Assembly (NCBI RefSeq): GCF_000372725.1
Contig: NW_005201792.1
Location: 685,440 to 749,439, forward strand
Length of the DNA stretch: 64,000 nucleotides
Direction: 5' to 3'
From: Emiliania huxleyi CCMP1516
Taxonomy: Eukaryota
Positions 56,591 through 64,000 of this stretch are shown here, one piece after another; within the stretch, counting starts at the first letter, position 1, and each line of letters opens with the position of its first letter. The position numbers were made by a program, and so were the translations under genes. The notes under the pieces are model-generated. The model searched no databases. It was not told the DNA's origin and saw only the letters and a program-made list of their open reading frames with translations.

Positions 56591-57910
56591 TGCAAGTCGC
56601 GTTCGTTCCTCGTCGGTGACTTGCACTCGCCGAAAAAAATGCAGGGTCTCTCTTTGGCCGCGGATATGCTGTCGCTAGCGCACCACACACCTCTCCTTAA
56701 AATCCCTGTGTGGTGGCGGCGTGCCGTCCTCCCATCCCTCCCTTGGGTTGTCTGTTTTCTTTCTTTCTTTCTTTATGCTGTCGCTGGGGGCTCCCCGCTG
56801 CTTCCAAGATCCTGCTCGTGCAGGTGAGCACCCTGTTCTTTTCCCAACCCTCGTTCCGTATGCGTTCTATTTTACCCGAAGGTGAGCTGCTGACGGGGTT
56901 TGCAATGAGGAGCGACTCCGAAGGGTGTGTAACCACTTTCCCGTGCAAGAAAGAAATCAAGCGGAGTGGTCCTCGCCAGCGCCCGCCGCGAGTTCTCGCA
57001 GGCAGCCATCGATCGGTCGGTCTAGGTCGGCCGGTGCGTGCTGCGACACGTTCGTGTGTGTATATGCTGCGCCCCGCCGATCTCGAGAGCATCGCGTCGG
57101 CCGACGACCCCCTCGGTGCGGCAGCCTCGGCGATGCTGCACTCCAGATCGCGCCTTGGGCCCATCGTCCCCTGTGCGAGGCCAATGCACTGCGGGCGGTC
57201 ACCTCGCACGGCTGACAATGGAGGAGCGGAGATTGGTGGTGATGGAGTCACGGCCAGTTCTGGGGCCGGTTGCGGATGACCGCTTCCCTACAAACCGTCC
57301 GCCCGATCGGCGTGCGATCGACGATCCACCTCTGCGATGACCGGCCTGCTCCGCTTCGCGTGCGCCTTCGCACTCGTCGGCCGCGCCGCCTCGCACGGCG
57401 CGATGACGAGCCCCCTCTCCCGCAACTATTTTGACAAAGCGCGGCTCAACGGTATGATTATATTGCAGATGGCTGAGTAACATCCAGCAGTACTGGAAAC
57501 GAGTGCCTTGCCGGGCGAGAGCGGGGACATGGCCCTGCTCGCCACGCGCCTGATCCCTTCACCGACGAGGGACAGCCGGAGCACACCGCATCCTCCTCCG
57601 GCGACGGACGGCTCAGCTGCTTGCTCGCGGCCGCTCCCGAGTGTTTCGCCATCGCCTTCCTCTCGCCATCGGCTCGCTCAATGCGTGACCTTTACCGCCT
57701 TTCTACTAGGTCACACAACTTCCTTTACCGCCTTTCTACTGGGTCACACATTTAAAAGTTGATAGGTGTTTCGGCGTTCCGCATCTCCCCGACACCCCTC
57801 CCGCCGGCCCTCCGCGCTCCGGCGCACCTACGTATCCTGTTGCTGTATGCACTGTGCCGGACTGACAGAGGCACAGACGGGACTGGGGACTGGGCACGCT
57901 GCCCCCCCAG

Positions 57911-58503
57911 CCCTAGTGCGGATGATTTTTTTGCGGTAGCTTGATGTATCTCTCCATATCTGACCATATCTGACCATATCTGACCATATCCCGCCATATC
58001 CCGCCATATCCCGCCATATCCCGCCATATCCCGCCATATCCTGCCCGCCTCACGCCGAGCAGCCCGGCCTCTCCGCGCTCCGGCCGCAGAGCGCGAGCAT
58101 CGAGCGCCTCCCTCGCGAGCGCCGGATTCCTGTGCGCCCGCGAGCGGCCCAGCCTGGCCCCCCGCTCCCCCCCGACCGACTGAGGCCGCCGGCTGCAGGT
58201 GACCATCCTCCTGGTCGGCGATCAAGGCTGTCCTTGCGGTGCTTCATCGATGATGACGAGCTCTCGCCAATCATGGGAATCGAGCGCTTAGCCGCACGGC
58301 AGATCACGGCCGGTCGAAGCGCGAAGTTTCGCCCGTCGCGTCCGATTAGCTTCACGGACGTTGTCGTGAACACATCGTGTGGGGGCTCCGTATCTCATCA
58401 TATCCACGTGTATCTCCTGGTATCTCCCGGTATCTCCCGGTATCCCGCCATATCCCGCCATATCCCGCCGCGGATACCGCGAAAAAAATCGTCCACACCA
58501 GGG
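57911..58503. mobile_element. MITE-like element with ~28-bp imperfect TIRs and internal CCATATC 10-mers
   Basis: Left end CCCTAGTGCGGATGATTTTTTTGCGGTA; reverse complement of right end CCCTGGTGTGGACGATTTTTTTCGCGGTA. No clear TSD. Confidence 0.65.
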
Positions 58504-58776
58504 ATCCCCCCACAACTTGGTGACGAAATCGAAAAACGCACGCGACCATACGCCTTTGTTCCCCTCACTTTTGCATATTGAAACCAGCTTTTACGCGGCT
58601 ATAGTACGTGTTACACACGTGACCGCCGTGCGCCGTGCGCCCACAATTTTCCCTGGCCTTCCCAAAGCCACCGCCCACGGAGAACGAGGCACCTGGACAG
58701 AGAGTACGTACGGGAGGCTTCGAGGGCCGCGCCGGAGGCTCGCAGAACCTCTTCTTGCGCGGAGAGGCCCGCGTCA

Positions 58777-61700
58777 TCATTCGCCGTCGGCCGGCTTCGC
58801 CTCCTCCTCGGCGCAGACCGCGGCGTACTTGTCGGCGAGGCGGCCCGCCTTGAGCGTGTTGCGCACGAGCTCGCCAAGCTTGGGCACCGTCTCCGCCTCG
58901 GGCAGCCGCTCGAGCGCGCGCACGGCGCGCATCGCGGAGCGGACGAGGTCGTCGTGCCGCTCCACCTGCTGCGGCACCGCGTTGTCCTTGAGCTGCGCGA
59001 TGAGCGTCTTGCGCAGCGGCTCGAGGAGCGTGTCGAGTGCGCCGGTGAGCACGGGCTGGCCAGCTGGCAGCGCGGACAGGGCGACGAGCATGGCGTGGCA
59101 GCGCATCTTGATGTCCGCATCGTCCGCGAGGCCCTCGGCGAGCCGCGCGACGAAGGGAGAGAGCTCGAGCCGCTCCCGGACGACAGGCTTGGAGAGGAGG
59201 GTGTCCATGCACTCGAACGCGGCCTGGGCAACAAGGCGCGGCCGCCGGGTGAGGGGGCTGAGCTGTCGTGCCCCTCGCCTTCACGCCCTCAGGCAGCAGC
59301 CCCACACGCAGCCGCGGAGGGCAAGGCCCGGCCGAAAGCGGATGGGCTGCGTGCGTGCTTCCGTGCGCGTGCGTGTGTGCTGTGCCTTGCGCAGCTCGAG
59401 GCCGTCGTCCACAAAGTGCTTGAACGGGCCGAGGTCGACCTGGTGCACGAGCTCGGGCCGCTTGGCCGTCTCGCCGTACAGGAGCGGCAGCAGCTCGCCG
59501 CCGCTGATCGGGTCGCGCAGCGTGGCGGGCCGGCTGTGCGCGATGCAGTTGAGCGTCAGCAGCGCGCCGCGCCGCACCTAGCAAAGCTCCGAGCAGGCTC
59601 AGGGAGAGGTTGGGCGAACGCCCTCGCCGCAAAGGCCCGCGCCTTGAGGTCCTCGTCGCCGAGCGCGCCGAGGAACTTGTGGAGCGTGGAGGGGGGGACT
59701 GCACGGCGCGCCTCCTCGGTGAGGGTGAAGCGCAGCGCGTGCACAACCACCGACCGCACGTTTGGCGAGGCGTGCGAGAGGCGCGACTCGAGCTCTGGCA
59801 GGACGGGACCCTGCGGGGCAGAGCCGTGGACGTGTCGTGGACGCGCCTCATGAGAGAGAGAGGGCAGCGTAGGGCGGGCGCCGGCGCGGCGGCGGCGAGC
59901 CGGCCGATGCACTCGGCGACCACGTTGCGCACGCCCTCCTCGTCGCGCTCCGCAAAGGTGAAGAGGGTGGGCAGGAGCTGCGGCACGACGGCGGCGAGGG
60001 AAGCGCCGCCCGACTTGGCGAGCTCATTGAGCGCGGACAGCATCAGGTACTGCGGAGCGGCGGAGCGGCGGCGCGTCTCAGCCGCGCGTGTGCTTGTGGT
60101 GACTGCGACCGCGACAGGGATGCGGGAGGGGGCGCGGGGTTGCAAGCGCCGCTGCCGCGCCTCGTGCTTGCCCGCCTCCACCTCCTTGAGCAGGTGCGGC
60201 AGGTAGAAGGAGAGGTTGCCCGCAGCCACGTGCCCCAGCGCGTACGAGGCCGCCGCCTTGTACTCCTCCTCGTTGACGTCAAACGCGGCCATCACCGCGG
60301 GCAGCAGCCCCTTGTGCGCCGAGAGGTCGTTCTTGGCCCCAATCTCGCCCAGGCAGATGAGGGCGAGCACGCGCTTGTGCGGCGACTCGGACGGCGCGCC
60401 GAGCTGCTTGACGAATGCGTCGACGGTCGACGCGCGCAACGGCGCCTTCGCCTCGGTCGCGCACGCGGCGATGGCCTGCGAGAGGACGCCGAGCGAGTGG
60501 CGCGACGCCGCGGTGCCGTCGGAGTCGGCGAGCGCGAGGATGCGCTTGGTGAGGGAGGAGAAGTCGAGCGGCTTGGCGCCGTGTGCCACCAGCGCGGCCA
60601 AAAAGTCGAACGCCGACTTGAGCGCGTACCCCTGCAGCAACGGCGACTGCAGCAGCGAGAGCGTGCGCGGCACGATGGCCGGCGCGAGCTTGGGCACCGT
60701 GGCGTCGGCCGCCTGCAGCACCAGGGAACGCGCCACGCCGAGGGCAAGGTGGGCGACGTGCAAGTCCGCGTCGGAGAGCAGGGGCGGCATCTGCTCCAGC
60801 ACGCCTAAAGGGCGAGCGCGTCGAAGGCGAGTCCGCGACACCCGCCCTGTGCACGGCGCCCACTCCGCTCCGGCGCGCCGTCATAGTCTGCGGGGGCGAG
60901 CGCCGCCGCGTGGCAAGTGACGATGGTGTCGAGCGCCGAGAGGGCGGCTTGCCGCAGCGGCTTGTCCGACTTGCGCAGGAAGTTGGCCAGCTCGCCCACG
61001 ACGGCCTGCAGCACGCTGCCGCCGGTGCCGGCGAGCGGCGAAGCGAGCTGGGCGTCGACCTTGGCGGCGGCGAGCAGCGCGAAAGTCTTGACGGCTGCGA
61101 TGCGAGTCATCTCGTTGCGCATCCGCTCGAGCAGCACGGGAAGCAGCGCCGGCAGCGCCTGCTCACACCGGAGGCGAGTGAGGCGGCGCCGTTGGGACCG
61201 GGGAGGGCGGGCGGCGGGGCCGCACCTCGGCGTGCAGGTCGCCCAGGCGGCAGACGACGGCGCCGACGCACTCGATGGCGCGCTCCTTGACCTCCTGGTC
61301 CTGGTCTTGCGCCACCAGCCGCGCCGAGACGCAGGTGAAGAGCGGCGCGACCAGCGCGGCGAAGTCGAAGGTGGGCGGGTCGGGCGGCGACGGTCGCAGC
61401 ACGCGAGCGAGCTCCGCCGACACGCGGAGGGCCTACTCGGGCAATCGCGGGTAAAACCTCGGGCAACCTCGGGCAACCTCGGGCGTCACGCGGAGAGGGC
61501 CTCGGCGGTGATCTTGTAGTAGCGGTCTTCGACGAGCGAGAGGACGGTGGGGACGAGGGTCGCCGCGTGCGGCTGGAAGACCGCCGGCGGGTGCGTCGAC
61601 AGCGCGAGCTGCAGGAACGCGAGCGCCTCGATCCGCAGCGGGTTGGCGGAGGCGTCCTTGAGCGCGCGCACGACGCCGGGCACGAGCGAGCTCGCGTGCT

Positions 61701-63647
61701 CTCCGAGGCAGCCGGGCAGGGAGGAGGCGAGCTGGCGGAGGCAGTTGAAGGCGGCGGTGCGCGTGCGCACGGCCTTCTCCTGGAGCTGCCGCGACAGCGC
61801 TTTGATCAGCCGCGGCAGCTCGGCCAGCAGCGCCGTGGCCGCGGGCGAGACCGCGCCGCCTCCCTCGCCGTCCACAACCATGGCGTCGGCGGCGGCCGCC
61901 TCGGAGGCGGCGCGGTTGGCGATGCCCACCTGCTCGAGCAAGACGTTGAAGGTGGCGAACACGTCCATCTTGACGTTCTCCTCGCGCTCGCGGAAGCGCG
62001 AGATGAGCGTCGGCGCCACGCGCGGCACCATCGCAGCCAGCTTGTCTGGCCGCGAAACGAGCGCCGCAGAGAGGACCTTGGCCGCGGCGCGGCGAACCTT
62101 CCACGAGACGTCGTCGTCGTCCGAGTAGTTCTCGTCGTCCTCGTCGTCCTCCATCTCCTCCTCCTCCTCGTCGTTGTCGTCCTCCTCCATCTCGTCGTCG
62201 TCCGCGTAGTTTGGGTCGAAGCGCAGGTAGTGCAGCGACGCCTTTGCGATCGGCTCCTCATACGCGCCAACCTCGGCCGGGCAGCGAGACACGAACGACT
62301 CGAAGGCCTGCAGGCACGACTCGATCATCTCGGGGTCCGAGGCACCCGGGGCGGACGAGCCCGGCTCGCACTGCTGCAGCACGAGCGGCATCACCAGCTC
62401 GAGCTGCCGGCCGAGCCGGTAGCCGCCCGAGCGCGAGATGGCGGACAGCGTCTGGATGTAGGTGCGGCCGAGGTCGAGGTCGACGGCAGGCATCTTCATG
62501 CGCTCGACGATCGAGCCGACCAGCTGGCTGAGCAGCTTGTCCGACAGCGCCGCCGACAGCGCCGCGATGCACGAGATCGCCCGCTTGCGCGTCGCCGCGC
62601 GCGTGGAGGCCAGCTGCGCAAAAAGCGCGTCGTTGCACTGCGCCGAGAGCTCCGGCTTGAGGAGGGAGCCGAAGCGGCGGAGGACGTCGTTCAGGATGTC
62701 CATGCTCTCGAGCTTCACCTCGAGCTTGTCCTTGAGCACGCCAGAGACGAGCCGAGGCACCTGCGGTGGCGCGGCGGCGCAGTGGCGCGCTCGGCGGAGG
62801 GACGACGGGCGCCCAATCGGTCGGTGGCGGCGGGCGCGACGCGGGCCACCGCTGTGCGTGGGCGCACGGTCTGCCGCCCGCCGTGGCGCCGCGAGCAGTG
62901 CCGGAAGGGGCGGGAGCGCACCAACTGCCTCGCGGCGGCGCCGCCCATCGAGGAGGGCATCTCGACGACGACTGTCTTGAGGGCGATGGCGCAGATGTCG
63001 CGCTGCTCCTCCTTGCCCTCGAGCACGAACTTGCAGAGCTCGGTGATGATCGCGTCCACCTGTGCGTCGTGCACCTTGCGCACGAGAGGCGGCAGGCACT
63101 TGACGGCGAGGCCTGCAACGCAAGGACAGAGCCGCCGCCAGGTGAACGTCTTGCGGGGAGGTGAGCGTCTTGCGGGGCGGCGCGGGTGGCGGCGCGATAG
63201 GGCGGTGGCGCGCGCGCGCGAGCGGCCGTCGCGGGGCGACCACGTCGGGTCGCGAGGGAGGCTGGCGGTGCAGCGTGCGGACGGCGAACCCTGAACGTCT
63301 GAGCTCTGGTCGTTCAGGAGCTTGAGGATCGCCTTGCAGATCTTCTTCTCGCCGTCGGTGTCGGGCTTGAAACTCTCCTTCTGCAGCTCAGACAGCAGGT
63401 CCGAGGTGGCCATGTAGCGGTAGTCCTTGTCGCGCTTGGACGTCTCCTCCAGGATTGCATTCACGGTGAAGGACGTCCTGATGGTGGCGTGCACAATAGT
63501 GGCGGTCGGAAGCGTAGGGCAAAACCACGGAGCGGCGCCGCCATGCACGGCGCTCCGACGGCCGGGCCTTCCCCCCCCGGGGGGGGGGGGGGGGGCGGGG
63601 GCAGGGGCGGGGGCCGCGGGCGGCGTGGGTCTTCCGCGGGCGTACAT
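58777..63647 (-). CDS. CAND1: Cullin-associated NEDD8-dissociated protein 1 (multi-exon)
   Basis: DKDYRYMATSDL, YSDDDDVSWKVRRAAAK, REENVKMDVF, EEGVRNVVAEC, VDLGPFKHFVDDGLELRK. Confidence 0.97.
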
Positions 63648-64000
63648 GGCGCGGAGTGGCGGCAAGAGCGCAGAGGGCGAGTTCTGGCGCCAGCAGAGGC
63701 CCCGCCCACCAGGGTACCCATAGGCGTGTGAGAAGTGGGCTTTCGCTTAGTTGCGCTATCGCGAGGGCGGTCCTGCATGATGTAGCCTCTCCGGCGGCGG
63801 CCTCCAGGCAACCCGACGTCCGCGGCCCCCGGCCTGCAGCAGCCCAATCGGGCGTGCCTCTCCGCGTGCGGCGCGGCTTGGAACGAAGGTTGCCCGGCGT
63901 AGGGAGTTTTCAGAACTCTTTTTTAACTCGAAGACAGATGAAGTCCTTCCGCCAAAAACAGCGTACTGACCCGTACTGACCCGTACTCGACAAAGGAACT

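Noticed and set aside
58777..63647. GC donors as a novelty in themselves
   Set aside because: Frequent GC-AG introns are already described for E. huxleyi-type genomes.

Overview
GC-rich, intron-rich eukaryotic DNA with frequent GC-AG introns and 10-11 bp intronic tandem repeats. This matches what is described for the haptophyte Emiliania/Gephyrocapsa huxleyi; the assignment is inferred from style, not verified. Recognisable host genes: a TPR-less GT41/SPINDLY-like glycosyltransferase, MAEA/GID9, a C2H2 zinc-finger protein, a CIPK (NAF) kinase, an EH-WW-UBA endocytic adaptor, an alpha/beta hydrolase, GH27 alpha-galactosidase, PP2C, a UBA/UBZ protein, a CDK1/CDKB-like kinase, peptidase M50B, an adenylate-forming ligase and CAND1. 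There is also an intronless trio of a SURNod19/PHM-like Cu-monooxygenase, a SAM methyltransferase and a JmjC oxygenase. Mobile DNA includes a young full-length Ty1/Copia element (10217-17415, TSD TTAAT) and several MITE/foldback elements. Most notable: (1) the Copia polyprotein has predicted transmembrane helices between Gag and protease and a Tudor-like domain after integrase, has lost the integrase HHCC motif, and appears to start inside the LTR, with that ATG deleted from the 5' LTR; (2) a recurring duplication-plus-filler pattern at splice sites, including an intron apparently born this way; (3) a modular repeat family that sits just upstream of many genes. Exon boundaries were inferred by eye and are approximate.
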